A stretch of 64,000 nucleotides of DNA, taken from NCBI GenBank assembly GCA_963665845.2, contig OY762492.1:2176001-2240000 (forward strand), in the 5' to 3' direction. The DNA is from Candidatus Poribacteria bacterium. Its GTDB lineage: Bacteria > Poribacteria > WGA-4E > GCA-2687025. Below the pieces are notes generated by a model. It made no database searches, was not told the origin of the DNA, and saw only the letters and a program-made list of their open reading frames with translations. A program made the translations under genes and the position numbers. Positions 1-10,684 of the stretch are shown here, piece after piece (position 1 is the first letter of the stretch; each line of letters begins with the position of its first letter).

Positions 1-1230
1 GCGAAGGTCCAGAACGGACGGGTATTCGTCCTTGACAGCGTAGACGATGAATTCAGGCGGGTTTGCGTTTTCCGTTTCCTGTTGGTCTTTTAAAAGAATG
101 CGGTACCGGTCGCTCTCTTCCACGATGAATTGTCCGCTGAAGTTTTGTCCGTCGATCTTGAGCGGCAGCGGTTCTCCCTGTTGAAACTCAAGCGAGGCGG
201 AGGAGAGATCGGCGGAGGCTTCGCCGCGCATCTCGACGCGCGAGCCGACCAGCGCCGCGATGTCGCCCTGATCAGTTTCCAACGTTTTGACGCCCAGCCC
301 GCTGTAAGACGGAAAATGAATCGAGGCGGAGAGGCGGTCTACGGCGGGCGGGTTCAACAGCTCAATGGCGTAGGTCTCCGACGCTTCATCTCCGACGCGG
401 GCGCGGTATTCCATCCGGTCGGCGACGCCGCGTATGACCGCCGCGTATTTTCCGGCGGGCGCCGCGTTCATCGGCTCTGTCGGGACGGTCAGCCATGCCC
501 CCGCTTCGCCGTCTGCGCCTGCCGCGCGCGTCTCCACAACGGGGCTTTCAGGCGCGTTGCCGGTCAGCTGAACATAAACGTTCACATCCTCCCCGCGCGC
601 CGCGGATGTGTTGCCAGGCTCAATCGATTCAAACTCCCAGCTGAACGCTTCGGCGGGCGAGAACATCCACTCTCCCGCGTCGGAGAGCGCCGCCAGACCG
701 AGCGCCAACGCGAGAGCCGTCAAAACCGACGCGCCGCCCGCCCATGCCAGCCCGACCAAAGCGCGCCGCCGCTCCTTCGCCCAAACGACGCCGGAACGAA
801 CGCCTTCAAACGCCGCAAACCCTTTTTCAATGGAAAGGCGCGTCAAGCCCTCGTCGTAGCCGAGGCTGCGCATCTTCTCGCGTCGGTTATGCAGCTGCAG
901 CGCGCCGAGAAAATGCGTCCGCGCGGACGGATACGCATCCTCCACATGCCCGGCGACATCCTCCTCGGACATGCGGCGTATGCTGGATCGGCGCCATTCG
1001 CGCCGGGCGTAAAAAACCTGCGCCGCCGTCCATAAAAGCAGCAGCGCGATGCGAAACTGCCATGGCGCATGGGACAGCGCATGCGCGTTTATCCAGACCG
1101 CCGCGAGACCGGACGCGAGCAAAAAAGCGCCGAAACGCAGCGCGAAACCGCCCAGCGTGTAAAGCGAGCGCGCCCGCTTCAATCGTTTCAAACGGGTCTG
1201 AATTCTTGCGTCGTTCTGCGGCGTATTCAT
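1..1230 (-). CDS. DUF4175-like membrane protein, N-terminal part (runs off window start)
   Basis: Manual partial translation from ATG 1230: MNTPQNDARIQTRLKRL..., hydrophobic segments, VAGHVEDAYPSARTHFLGALQL motif; directly downstream of the DUF4159 gene. Not in the ORF track, presumably because it is incomplete. Confidence 0.65.
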   Translation of the reverse strand, partial: MNTPQNDARIQTRLKRLKRARSLYTLGGFALRFGAFLLASGLAAVWINAHALSHAPWQFRIALLLLWTAAQVFYARREWRRSSIRRMSEEDVAGHVEDAYPSARTHFLGALQLHNRREKMRSLGYDEGLTRLSIEKGFAAFEGVRSGVVWAKERRRALVGLAWAGGASVLTALALALGLAALSDAGEWMFSPAEAFSWEFESIEPGNTSAARGEDVNVYVQLTGNAPESPVVETRAAGADGEAGAWLTVPTEPMNAAPAGKYAAVIRGVADRMEYRARVGDEASETYAIELLNPPAVDRLSASIHFPSYSGLGVKTLETDQGDIAALVGSRVEMRGEASADLSSASLEFQQGEPLPLKIDGQNFSGQFIVEESDRYRILLKDQQETENANPPEFIVYAVKDEYPSVLDLR

Positions 1231-1240
1231 AGCGGGAACC

Positions 1241-1894
1241 TTATCGTGTGAGGGCGTAGACAGCGATGTTGACCGCCATCTTGACGGCGTATTCTCGGAT
1301 GTCGGGCGGGTCGTTATGGACATCGCCCGCCTCTAATCCGTCTCCGATGTCGGCGCTCCAGGCGTAAAAAACGGCGAGCCGTCCGTCCACAAAGACGCCG
1401 AATCCTTGGGCGGGGTCGCCGTCATGTTCGTGTACTTTTGGGAGTCCCGGCAAGCTGTAAAAGGCGCGGTAGATCGGATGGGAGGCAGGTATCGGTTGAA
1501 GAGGGCGGCGGGGAAAGACGCGCGCGATCTCCCGGCGGAAGCTGGCGTCCAAGCCGTAGTCGTCGTTCACAAACAGGAATCCGCCCGCCAAGATATGCAG
1601 GCGCAGCGCTTCCGCTTCGGCGTCCGTGAAACGTATGTTTCCGTGTCCGTTGATATACAGAAACGGGGTTTTGTACAGCTCTCGGTCGGCGAGGCGGACG
1701 GGGCGCGCCTCTTTTTCTACAGGAATGCGGACGCGCGCCCCGATCTCGCGCAGCCAGTTGGAGATGGAGGTTCGGCTGGAGTACCAGTCGCCTCCGCCGC
1801 CGTAATGCACCTGTCCGATCGCAAACGGCTGCTGCGCCGCCGCCGTCCAACAGAACCCTAAAACGGCAACCGTCAACCCAATCCGAATTCTCAT
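1241..1894 (-). CDS. DUF4159 domain-containing protein (secreted)
   Basis: Signal peptide; YGGGGDWYS, PFLYINGHG, GGFLFVNDDYG, PKVHEHDG motifs; ATG 1894 overlaps upstream stop (ATGA). Confidence 0.85.
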   Translation of the reverse strand: MRIRIGLTVAVLGFCWTAAAQQPFAIGQVHYGGGGDWYSSRTSISNWLREIGARVRIPVEKEARPVRLADRELYKTPFLYINGHGNIRFTDAEAEALRLHILAGGFLFVNDDYGLDASFRREIARVFPRRPLQPIPASHPIYRAFYSLPGLPKVHEHDGDPAQGFGVFVDGRLAVFYAWSADIGDGLEAGDVHNDPPDIREYAVKMAVNIAVYALTR

Positions 1895-4086
1895 GCCAGC
1901 CCCTTTCGTTTTCGCAAAGCCCATTCCGCCGACAGCAGCCCGACGATGAGCAGCAGCGCAAACGGGTTGTCCCATACTGATTCGCGGTAACGTATCTCGC
2001 GCGTTTCGCTTTTTTCTTTTAAAAGCGGAAGGATCGAGTCGATCTGTTGAATGTCCACATAGGCGCCGCCTGTAGAGTCGGCTAACGCCTGTAAAAACGG
2101 TTCGTCCCGATACGCCCGTTCAAACTCGATCTGGGGGGCGGCGGCGTTGAACGACGCCTCGTCCTCTCCGAGGGCGGTTCCGCCGGCGGAGGCGGACGCC
2201 GCGACCCGGTATTCGCCAGGGTCGGAGGCGCGGACAAAGGTTTCAAACACTCCAGGTTCGCTCTCGGAGGCGGAGACCGGCAGCGAGGAAGGGCGTCCGT
2301 TCGGGTCGATAACGGTCGCGTCCACGGCGGCGTTCGGGGCGGGTTGAAAGCCCGGCAGATAGGCGCGTATTTCGATGCGCGCCGTTTCGCCGGCTTCGTA
2401 GGCGCGCCGTTCAGGCGAGACGACCACCTGCCGCGCCGACGCAGGCGTCGCAAGCCAGCGGGCAGCCAACGCCCAGAACTGGTCAAACAGCCGCTCTTCG
2501 CCGCTTTCCGCCGGCGCCGCCATGCCCCATACCCATGTGGAATCGGAGCCGACGAACAGCGACTTCCCCGCGCCGACGCGCTGCGCCGCCAGAACAGGCG
2601 TCAAGGAGCGGGTCGACTCGACAAGCGTCTCGGCGCCCGGTTTTGCCGTTAAGCCGGTGTAAAGGCGCGTCCAGAGCGGCATGCGGCTCCATGCCCGGTC
2701 GTTTTCCGAGAGGACGGGAGCCAGCTGCGTCGCGGGATGGCGGCGCCCCGCCTCGGTCAGGCGCGGCATGAAGTCGGACGAATCGGGGCGTACCGGCAGC
2801 GCGCCTGTTGAAACGGGCAGCATCGGCTCCAGCGGACTCATCGGCAGGGACGGGTTCAGCCACGCCTCCTCGGCGAGCCATGCGACGCCCGCCCCGCGCT
2901 CCTCCACCGCCTCGATCAGCGCCGCATGAAAACCGGCGGGCAGCTGCGCCAGCGATACGCCGCCGATAATGAACAGATCGTAACGGGAGAGCGCGTCCGG
3001 TTCCAACGAGACCGACTCGGAGCCGAAAAGCGGGTACCTGCCGGTCTGCGCCGGCAGCGATTCAGGAGAAAGAGACGCGGGCGGCGCCAGCAAAACGGCG
3101 CTAAGGTCGATGTTCGGAACGCGGCTAAGCGCCCGGCGGACAGCGGCAAACTCATGGCGCGGTTTTCCGTCAATGAAAAGGGCGCGGATGCGTCCGCGCA
3201 TGACGCTCACCGACGCCGCGCTTTCGTTGTTCACTTCGGTCAATTCGCCCTCCGCCGGCGACACGCGCGCCGCGTATCGAACATCGCCCTCCTTTGCCGG
3301 TACGTCTTTAAAAACAAGCTGAAACGTTTCCGACTCGGAGGCGGGAACGATCTTTTGCGATCCAATCAGCGCATTTCCGCGAAAAAGGCTGACAAGCGTT
3401 TCGCGCCCCGCATAGCCATGGATGGAGCCTTCCACCGTCAAAACCGCCTCTTCCTCGACAAACATGACCGGGGGCGCCTGCACAGAGGAGACGGCGATGT
3501 CGCGCGGGGGCGTTGGGCTGCCGACTCCGACCGTAAAGACGGAAACGCCCGATTCTTCAGCCAAGCGGCGCGCCGGTCCGGCGTTTTGTCCGCCGTCGCT
3601 GATGAGAACCGCGCCGGCAGACGGGTAACCCATCGCCGCGGCGCCCGCCTCTTCAACCGCCGTCAAAATGTCGGTGGAGCGTCCGTTTGGGCTGCCGAGG
3701 CGTTCGATGTCGACCCGATGGAGCCTGTCGGAGAACGCATAGACGCGCAGGTCGAACCGCTCCTCAAGGCGCGGGGCGATCCGTTGGGCGGCTTCCGCCG
3801 CGGCGCTCCATCGGGTTTGCCCCTGTTCATCCTGTATCGACATGCTTTGGGAGGCGTCGATGAGCAGCAGCGCGAGCGGGCGGATGCGCTCCAGCTGAAC
3901 GGCGGCGCGCGTCGGGTTGAGCAGGCACAGGATGAGCAGCGCCGCCGCCGAAGCGCGCAGCCCGATCATCCACGCAAGGGCGCCTGGCGCGACGCGCCGG
4001 CGCGAGCGCAGATACGCCGCCGCCGACACCGCCGCCGCAACAGCCGCCGCCGCAAGATACGCCCAAGAGGTTCCGCCAAAATTCAT
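1891..4086 (-). CDS. VWA + glutamine-amidotransferase-like membrane protein
   Basis: N-terminal TMs, MIDAS motif DASQSM, LISDG, central GATase-like region, C-terminal EWALRKRKGLA typical of this family. Confidence 0.8.
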   Translation of the reverse strand: MNFGGTSWAYLAAAAVAAAVSAAAYLRSRRRVAPGALAWMIGLRASAAALLILCLLNPTRAAVQLERIRPLALLLIDASQSMSIQDEQGQTRWSAAAEAAQRIAPRLEERFDLRVYAFSDRLHRVDIERLGSPNGRSTDILTAVEEAGAAAMGYPSAGAVLISDGGQNAGPARRLAEESGVSVFTVGVGSPTPPRDIAVSSVQAPPVMFVEEEAVLTVEGSIHGYAGRETLVSLFRGNALIGSQKIVPASESETFQLVFKDVPAKEGDVRYAARVSPAEGELTEVNNESAASVSVMRGRIRALFIDGKPRHEFAAVRRALSRVPNIDLSAVLLAPPASLSPESLPAQTGRYPLFGSESVSLEPDALSRYDLFIIGGVSLAQLPAGFHAALIEAVEERGAGVAWLAEEAWLNPSLPMSPLEPMLPVSTGALPVRPDSSDFMPRLTEAGRRHPATQLAPVLSENDRAWSRMPLWTRLYTGLTAKPGAETLVESTRSLTPVLAAQRVGAGKSLFVGSDSTWVWGMAAPAESGEERLFDQFWALAARWLATPASARQVVVSPERRAYEAGETARIEIRAYLPGFQPAPNAAVDATVIDPNGRPSSLPVSASESEPGVFETFVRASDPGEYRVAASASAGGTALGEDEASFNAAAPQIEFERAYRDEPFLQALADSTGGAYVDIQQIDSILPLLKEKSETREIRYRESVWDNPFALLLIVGLLSAEWALRKRKGLA

Positions 4087-4166
4087 AAAGCGCCCTGTGA
4101 AGTCGCCGCGCGATGCGCAGTATGCATAAGTATAACGAAGCGCGCCTGTTTTGGCAAAGCGCGCCT

Positions 4167-4278
4167 CTCACCTTACGTCTATAGTTGGGACACGGCGGCG
4201 GGCGAACGCGGACGTCTTCATCGCCGCCTCTAGATTCCCGCTTGCGCGGGAATGACACGGAGAGGGCGCGGGAATGAT
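4167..4278 (-). repeat. Half MITE + REP hairpin with one stutter copy
   Basis: CTCACCTTACGTCTATAGTTGGGACA TIR, GATTCCCGCTTGCGCGGGAATGAC, repeated GCGCGGGAATGA. Confidence 0.75.
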
Positions 4279-4356
4279 GCTCCGCTTGCGTTAAGCCTGA
4301 AACGCGGTATCATGCCCCTTGCGCAAACGGAACGGCGAAGATGAAAGGAGCGGCGC

Positions 4357-5259
4357 ATGAAGGTACTGATCACCGGCGCGAGCGGGCGCCTAGGTCCGTA
4401 TGTGATACGGGAATTGCGGGAGCGTTACGAACTTGTGTTGACATCGCGCCGCCCGCCGGACGAGGAGTTCTCCGACCTGCCATGGATAAAGGCGGACCTG
4501 AACTCGTACGAAGACTGCCAAAAAGCGGTCAAGGGCGTTCAGGCGATTCAGCATCTCGGCGCGCAGCCGAACCCTGTCGATCACCCGAACATACGCCCCC
4601 GCGCCGAAGACCAGGGCGTCCGGTTCGACGCCACCTTCCGCACCAACATGCTCGGAACCTACTATCTCATGCAGGCGGCGGTTGACGAGGGGGTCTCGCG
4701 CGTCGTTTTATGCGGAAGCAATTGCGCCCTAGGGCATGGATTCCGCATCAGCGACAGCCCATTTCCGATCGACTATCTGCCGATCGACGAGAACCATCCA
4801 TGTTACCCTGAAGATTCGTACAGCTACTCCAAAAACGCCGGCGAGGATCTGATGGCGATGTACGCCCGCGCCTACGGCATCCGCACCAGCGTCACGCGCC
4901 CCGCCGGCATCTGCCCCCCTGAACGGCGCGCCCAGATGAACGCCAACGCGCGCCCGGCAGGCGGATGGACGCCATGGCTCTATTGCTGGGTCGGCAGCGA
5001 GGATGTTGCCTCCGCCCACCGGCTGCTCATGGAGGCGGCTGATGAACTGCCCCCTTACGGCGCCTACTTTGTGAACGCGGACGACACCTCCGCCCTAGAG
5101 CCGTCCGCCGAGCTGGTGGAACGGTTCAACCCAGAACTAGCGCCGCTCGCCCGGCATATGGAGGGGCATGAGTCGTTCATCAAATGCGATCTCATCAAGC
5201 GAATGACCGGATGGACGCATACGACCTCATGGCGCGGCGCGCAGGGAACGGCGGAATGA
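4357..5259 (+). CDS. NAD-dependent epimerase/dehydratase (extended SDR)
   Basis: ITGASGRLG Rossmann motif, YSYSK catalytic YxxxK; AAGGAG RBS. Confidence 0.85.
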   Translation: MKVLITGASGRLGPYVIRELRERYELVLTSRRPPDEEFSDLPWIKADLNSYEDCQKAVKGVQAIQHLGAQPNPVDHPNIRPRAEDQGVRFDATFRTNMLGTYYLMQAAVDEGVSRVVLCGSNCALGHGFRISDSPFPIDYLPIDENHPCYPEDSYSYSKNAGEDLMAMYARAYGIRTSVTRPAGICPPERRAQMNANARPAGGWTPWLYCWVGSEDVASAHRLLMEAADELPPYGAYFVNADDTSALEPSAELVERFNPELAPLARHMEGHESFIKCDLIKRMTGWTHTTSWRGAQGTAE

Positions 5260-6371
5260 AACCGCTGCGCTTCGGAGTTGTCGGGACGGGAAGCGTCGCG
5301 CTGCGCGGCATTCTTCCGCATGTGACGCAGGCGGATGTTCAGGACAGGCTCCGTTTGACCGCCGTTTGCGACGTCGTTGAGGAGCGCGCCGAAGCCGCGG
5401 CGCTCAAATTCGGCGCGGAACGTTCCTTTGCCGATTTTGAAGCGATGCTGGACGCGGATGTTGTGGACGCGGTCTCCCTCGCCTCTCCCATCGGCGTCCA
5501 TTTTGAGCAGGGGATGCTGGCGGTTCAGCGCGGCGTCCATGTCCATTTCAACAAGAGCATGACGACGACAACGGACGAGGCGGACGCTCTCATCGCCGAG
5601 GCGGAGAAGCGGGGCGTCAAGCTGGTCGCGTCGCCGGGCGAGATGCTGCGTCCAAAGAATCAGGCGGCGCGCCGTTTTATTTTAGACGGCGGACTCGGCC
5701 GCGTCGTCTGGGCGGCTACAGGCGCCGCGTTCGGGGCATACCACGAAAACGAAGCGGTGCGCCAAGGGAGCGATCCGCTCACCAACATCAACCCTGCCTG
5801 GTACTATAAGCGGCCGGGCGGCGGTCCGCTTTACGATATGACCGTTTACGGACTTCATACGTTGACCGGCATTTTGGGACCGGCGAAGCGGGTCACGGCG
5901 TTTTCAGGCATGCGCATTCCTGAACGCGAATTCCGCGGCGAACGCATCCAAACCGAAATGGACGACAACACCTTCATCACGGTCGATTTTGGGGAGGCGC
6001 TGTTTGCGTTTGTGTACGGCTCGGCGGCGGGCGGGTTGAATGTCGGACGCGCGCCTATCTTCGGAACGCGCGGGAAAGTCAGCGACGGGAAATTCAACGG
6101 AACCCCTATCGAATACCCAGGGCGCGAAGAGATCGAAAGCCGGGCGGGGCAGGGCGAACTGCCGCATGTAACGGGCGTTCACCGAGAGCTGCCGGAGGCG
6201 CATGTGTTTGAGGACATCATGCAGCTGGTCGACTGGATTCGAGAGGGAAAGCCGACCATCGTCACGGCGGAGCATGCGCGGCATGTGGTGGAGATTTTTG
6301 ACGCGGGTTACCGTTCCGCGCGGGAAGGATGCGCCATCGATCTCCGCACCTCCTTTGAGCCTGTCTTTTAG
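5256..6371 (+). CDS. Gfo/Idh/MocA family oxidoreductase
   Basis: FGVVGTGSVA, GGGPLYDMTVY motifs; ATGA coupling with upstream gene. Confidence 0.85.
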   Translation: MKPLRFGVVGTGSVALRGILPHVTQADVQDRLRLTAVCDVVEERAEAAALKFGAERSFADFEAMLDADVVDAVSLASPIGVHFEQGMLAVQRGVHVHFNKSMTTTTDEADALIAEAEKRGVKLVASPGEMLRPKNQAARRFILDGGLGRVVWAATGAAFGAYHENEAVRQGSDPLTNINPAWYYKRPGGGPLYDMTVYGLHTLTGILGPAKRVTAFSGMRIPEREFRGERIQTEMDDNTFITVDFGEALFAFVYGSAAGGLNVGRAPIFGTRGKVSDGKFNGTPIEYPGREEIESRAGQGELPHVTGVHRELPEAHVFEDIMQLVDWIREGKPTIVTAEHARHVVEIFDAGYRSAREGCAIDLRTSFEPVF

Positions 6372-6372
6372 G

Positions 6373-6610
6373 CTGACCTCATGCCTAAAGTTGTGACCAT
6401 TGAACGACCAAAGCCTTTATTCATGGGAAAAAGGCGTCGCTAACCAGACCGTTCCCCGCTTCCGCGAGGACATGCATTCCCGCGTAAGCGGGAATCTAGA
6501 GGCGCCGCAGAAACCGTCCGCGTTCAACAGCCCGTCATTCCCGCGTAAGCGGGAATCTTAGGCGCCGCAGGCGCCGTCAAGTCCGCATGCAGAATTGTCC
6601 TAACGCAAGA
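6373..6610 (+). mobile_element. MITE copy (long variant, degenerate right end) with two REP hairpins
   Basis: CTGACCTCATGCCTAAAGTTG start, TTCATGGGAAAAAGG core, two ATTCCCGCGTAAGCGGGAAT. Confidence 0.7.
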
Positions 6611-6685
6611 GAGCAGTCCAAAAAATGCAAAATAGCGGTAAAATATCCCATCCCCGATCATCATATCAGGGAAAGGGAGGCATGT

Positions 6686-8452
6686 ATGCCAAACGGACGC
6701 GACAGGTTCCAATTTGACGAGGCGGCGCTCGGTCAAATCGAGAACATACGCCGCATCGGGCTGCGCAGGCTGCGCAACAAGAACGAGATCGACGATTTTG
6801 TTCAAGAAACGCTGCTGCGGGCGTTCTCAAAGCGGAGCCAGCTGCGCGACGAGGCGAAGTTTGAGGCATGGATCGCCGCCATCGCCCGCAATCTCGCGCG
6901 TGAATGGAACCGCGCCTACTACCGCAGAAAACGCGCCGAGGCGGACAGCAGGACAGCAGAAGCGGTCGACTCCAGAAACCCGCTGGACGCCCTTGAAAAG
7001 GCGGAGGAGCGGGAGCTTCTGAAACAGGCGGTGGCGCGCCTGAACAAGAGCGACCGCGAGATTCTACGCGCCCGCTATGTGGACGACGCGTCTTACGCCG
7101 AGCTGCAGGAGCGTTACGGCTTATCCTATTCGGCGGTCGGGCTGCGCCTTCACCGCGCGAAAAAACGGCTGCGCAAGATCTACCTGTCGGTTGGCGCCGC
7201 GCTCTCCCTTTTCTTTGGAAGTTTCAAACATACGGCATGGGGAGGAGCGGTACTGCTCATGAATAAAACGAAAGTTGCGGTTGGAATCGCAGCGGTTTTC
7301 GGGGTCGCGGCAACAACAGGAGTTTATGTTGCGAAAAAACATACGCCCATCCCGCCGTCGGATTCACTGACAACCCATCAACAAGCGCCAACGCCTTCCG
7401 GCGCAACATCGGAGGCGGCAGTGGATGACAACAGGCATGAGGACGGGCATGAGGAAACGGGCGGCATTGTTCGCGTTCTTGACAGCGCGGAGGGCAAAAT
7501 AACGGTAACGGTACTTCCTCTTCAGATTTACGTTCCTGACGCCGATGAGCCGCTTGTGTACCGCCTCTTTTGGCAGGAGGTCGGGGAGCAAATGACCGTG
7601 GAAGAGATGCAGAGCGACCCTGAAGGCGCCAAGAAAACGCTGCGCGCCATCGCCGAAAAGCATGGGGGCGGCAACCGCGACCTGGCAGAGGTTCTCTATC
7701 TTGACGCAGAATTTAAAATGGACTTGAAAGAATCCGGCGTCCGCGACCAAGACGAGAGCCTGGCGTTTTTTGAGCTGAAAGAAAAAACTTTGGGGTTAGA
7801 CGACTGGGAGTCGGGCGAGCTGACTCATTTCCGCTACATGCGGAAGTACAACAATGAGGATGGCGACGAAGTCATGCGTCAAACGAAGTCGGTCAACGAG
7901 GCGTTTATATGGATGAAAACGCATGCTCCTGGCGAATACGAAAATGCCAAGGACGTTTACTATGATGCGCTGGGCAAGCTCCAGAACGACTATCCTCTCG
8001 ACAATCCGCAGGCGCCGCCCCGTTACACGCATGAGAATTTCCCATCAATAGAGGATCGGGCGAGAACCAGATACATGGCTCTATTTGAAGCGCTTGGGCA
8101 TTTGCCGGACGATTCGAAGGTGTTCACCGAATACTTTGCGTCGTCTTCCGCCCCTTTCAGCGATGTTCAAGCGCCGGCAATGGAAGAAGCCGACGCAAGA
8201 CCAACTTTCATCGAAGCGCCGCCCGCTGAATTGCCCCGCCGTCAAAATGCGCCTCCTCCAGAGAAGCGTCCGACTGCTCCAGACGAAGCTGCCGCCGTTG
8301 AAGCCGCGTTTGAGCAGGCGGTACAAGATTCGATACGCCAATACGGTCCTGAAGAAGGGCTGCGGCGGTTGATCATGTCGGATCAGGAGTGGATCGAACG
8401 GATTGGACGCTTGCAAGAGCGTCGGCAAGGCGCCCCTCCTCCGCCTGACTGA
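6686..8452 (+). CDS. ECF sigma factor with long C-terminal membrane/extracytoplasmic extension
   Basis: DDFVQETLLRAF and FEAWIAAIARN (region 2), DREIL...SYAEL...VGLRLHRAKKRLR (region 4), then two hydrophobic stretches and about 370 aa of unknown domain; GGGAGG RBS. Confidence 0.8.
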   Translation: MPNGRDRFQFDEAALGQIENIRRIGLRRLRNKNEIDDFVQETLLRAFSKRSQLRDEAKFEAWIAAIARNLAREWNRAYYRRKRAEADSRTAEAVDSRNPLDALEKAEERELLKQAVARLNKSDREILRARYVDDASYAELQERYGLSYSAVGLRLHRAKKRLRKIYLSVGAALSLFFGSFKHTAWGGAVLLMNKTKVAVGIAAVFGVAATTGVYVAKKHTPIPPSDSLTTHQQAPTPSGATSEAAVDDNRHEDGHEETGGIVRVLDSAEGKITVTVLPLQIYVPDADEPLVYRLFWQEVGEQMTVEEMQSDPEGAKKTLRAIAEKHGGGNRDLAEVLYLDAEFKMDLKESGVRDQDESLAFFELKEKTLGLDDWESGELTHFRYMRKYNNEDGDEVMRQTKSVNEAFIWMKTHAPGEYENAKDVYYDALGKLQNDYPLDNPQAPPRYTHENFPSIEDRARTRYMALFEALGHLPDDSKVFTEYFASSSAPFSDVQAPAMEEADARPTFIEAPPAELPRRQNAPPPEKRPTAPDEAAAVEAAFEQAVQDSIRQYGPEEGLRRLIMSDQEWIERIGRLQERRQGAPPPPD

Positions 8453-8610
8453 AACTGCATAAGAAGCGCGCTATGATCGCTCATTTCAAGGCGGCGGTTT
8501 CGTTTTAGCCGCCGCCGACGGCTCCCTCTGCGTTTTTTGCGCCATACCCCGCCAACGTTCGCTATAATTACCCAAAACGAGAGTCTAACGCCACTAAAGA
8601 AAACGCAGAT

Positions 8611-9771
8611 ATGAATGTTCACGAATACCAAGCGAAAGAGATTCTGAGACGATACGGAGTTCCCGTTCAAAACGGCGAAGCCGTCTCGTCCGTTGAAGAG
8701 GCGGTCGAAGCGGCAAAGCGGCTCAACGGCGATACGTTTGTCGCCAAGGCGCAGATACACGCCGGCGGACGCGGCAAGGGCGGCGGCGTCCAACTGGCGC
8801 ATTCCGTTCAAGAGGTGAAAGAAGCCGCCGCCGAAATGCTCGGAATGAACCTCATCACCCATCAAACAGGACCGGAAGGCAGGCGCGTCGACAAGATACT
8901 GATCACCGAAGCGGCGGAGATTGAGCGGGAGCTGTATCTCGGCTTGACGCTGGACCGCGCCGCCTCGCGCATCGGCGTCATCGCATGCGCGGAGGGCGGC
9001 GTTGAAATAGAAACGGTCGCGGCGGAGAACCCGAGCGCCATCATTGAGGAGCAGATCGATCCCGCTGTCGGGTTGATGCCGTTTCAAGCGAACCGCATCG
9101 CCTACGCGCTTGAACTTCCGCCGGCGCAGGCGCGTCAGTTTGTCGACATCGCCCAGAAGCTCGCCGCGGCGTTCGTTGACGCGGACGCTTCGCTGATCGA
9201 GATCAACCCGCTCGCGGTTCTGGACGACGGCAAACTGCTCGCTCTGGACGCAAAGATGAGCTTCGACGACAACGCCCTTTTTCGGCAAAAAGAGATTGGC
9301 GAGATGCGCGATCCTGCCGAAGAAGACCCGCGCGAACTGGAAGCGAAACGGCATGAGTTGAGCTATGTGAGCCTAGACGGAAACATCGGATGCATGGTGA
9401 ACGGCGCGGGGCTGGCGATGGCGACGATGGACATCATACAGCACTACGGCGCCAAGCCCGCCAACTTTTTGGATGTCGGCGGAAGGGCGAACGCGGAACG
9501 AGTCGCCGCCGCGTTCAACCTAATTCTCTCGGATGAAAACGTGAAGGCGATTCTTGTCAATATCTTTGGCGGCATCGTCCACTGCGACCTGATCGCCGAG
9601 GGCATTTTGAGCGCGGCGGCGCAGACGAACCTGCGGCTGCCTCTCATCGTGCGGCTCGAAGGAACAAATGTGGAGGAAGGGCGCGCTCTCTTGCAGCGGT
9701 CGGGGCTGGACATCATCTCCGCAAACAGCCTGGACGAAGCGGCGCAAAAAGCGGTCGCCGCGTGCGCATAA
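8611..9771 (+). CDS. sucC: Succinyl-CoA ligase beta subunit
   Basis: [46 protein letters not shown]. Confidence 0.97.
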   Translation: MNVHEYQAKEILRRYGVPVQNGEAVSSVEEAVEAAKRLNGDTFVAKAQIHAGGRGKGGGVQLAHSVQEVKEAAAEMLGMNLITHQTGPEGRRVDKILITEAAEIERELYLGLTLDRAASRIGVIACAEGGVEIETVAAENPSAIIEEQIDPAVGLMPFQANRIAYALELPPAQARQFVDIAQKLAAAFVDADASLIEINPLAVLDDGKLLALDAKMSFDDNALFRQKEIGEMRDPAEEDPRELEAKRHELSYVSLDGNIGCMVNGAGLAMATMDIIQHYGAKPANFLDVGGRANAERVAAAFNLILSDENVKAILVNIFGGIVHCDLIAEGILSAAAQTNLRLPLIVRLEGTNVEEGRALLQRSGLDIISANSLDEAAQKAVAACA

Positions 9772-9795
9772 ACACAGGAAACAGGACTACTCAAC

Positions 9796-10680
9796 ATGAG
9801 CATTCTCGTTGATCGAAACACGCGCGTTCTTGTGCAGGGCGTCACGGGCGCGATGGGATCGCTTCACGCCGCGCAGATGCTGAAATACGGCACGCAGATT
9901 GTCGGGGGGACGCGCCCTGGGCTGGGCGGAACGACCATATCGCTCAACGGCTCCGATCTGCCGGTTTTCAACGCGGTATCGGACGCTGTCGAGGCTACAG
10001 GCGCGGACGCCTCCGTCATTTATGTACCCGCGCCCTTCGCCGCGGACGCCGCGATGGAGGCGGCGGACGCCGGCTTGCGCCTCATCGTTCTCATCACCGA
10101 AGGCATCCCGATTTTGGATATGGTGAAGGTGAAGCGGTATCTGGAGGGGCGTTCGTCTCGGCTTGTCGGTCCCAACTGCCCTGGAGTCATCGCGCCCGGG
10201 CAATGTAAAATCGGCATTATGCCGGGGTATATTCATTCGCCTGGGAAGGTCGGCGTCATCTCGCGCAGCGGCACGCTCACCTATGAAGCGGTCTACCAGA
10301 CGACGCAGGCGGGACTCGGTCAGTCGACATGCGTCGGCATCGGCGGCGACCCTGTGAACGGCACCAGCTTTGTCGATCTGCTGGAGATGTTTCAGGAGGA
10401 CGACGGAACGGAAGCGGTCGTTCTGATAGGGGAGATTGGCGGGTCGGCGGAAGAGGAGGCGGCGCAGTTTGTGAAGGAGCATATGACGAAGCCGGTCGTC
10501 GGGTTCATCGCGGGGGCGTCCGCGCCGAAGGGGAAGCGCATGGGGCATGCGGGCGCCGTCATCGCCGGCGGATCGGGAGCCGCCGCGGACAAGATTGCGG
10601 CGTTTAAAGAGGCGGGCATCGCCGTCTGTCCGACCGCGTCGACGATCGGCGCCGAGACGGTCAAGGCGCTCGGCGGATAA
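9796..10680 (+). CDS. sucD: Succinyl-CoA ligase alpha subunit
   Basis: [23 protein letters not shown] phospho-His motif. Confidence 0.97.
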   Translation: MSILVDRNTRVLVQGVTGAMGSLHAAQMLKYGTQIVGGTRPGLGGTTISLNGSDLPVFNAVSDAVEATGADASVIYVPAPFAADAAMEAADAGLRLIVLITEGIPILDMVKVKRYLEGRSSRLVGPNCPGVIAPGQCKIGIMPGYIHSPGKVGVISRSGTLTYEAVYQTTQAGLGQSTCVGIGGDPVNGTSFVDLLEMFQEDDGTEAVVLIGEIGGSAEEEAAQFVKEHMTKPVVGFIAGASAPKGKRMGHAGAVIAGGSGAAADKIAAFKEAGIAVCPTASTIGAETVKALGG

Positions 10681-10684
10681 CGGT

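Noticed and set aside
130-1035. 301-aa plus-strand ORF and other long antisense ORFs (e.g. 2926-4233, 8383-9354, 45071-46339)
   Set aside because: Shadow ORFs of recognisable genes on another strand or frame, expected at high GC.
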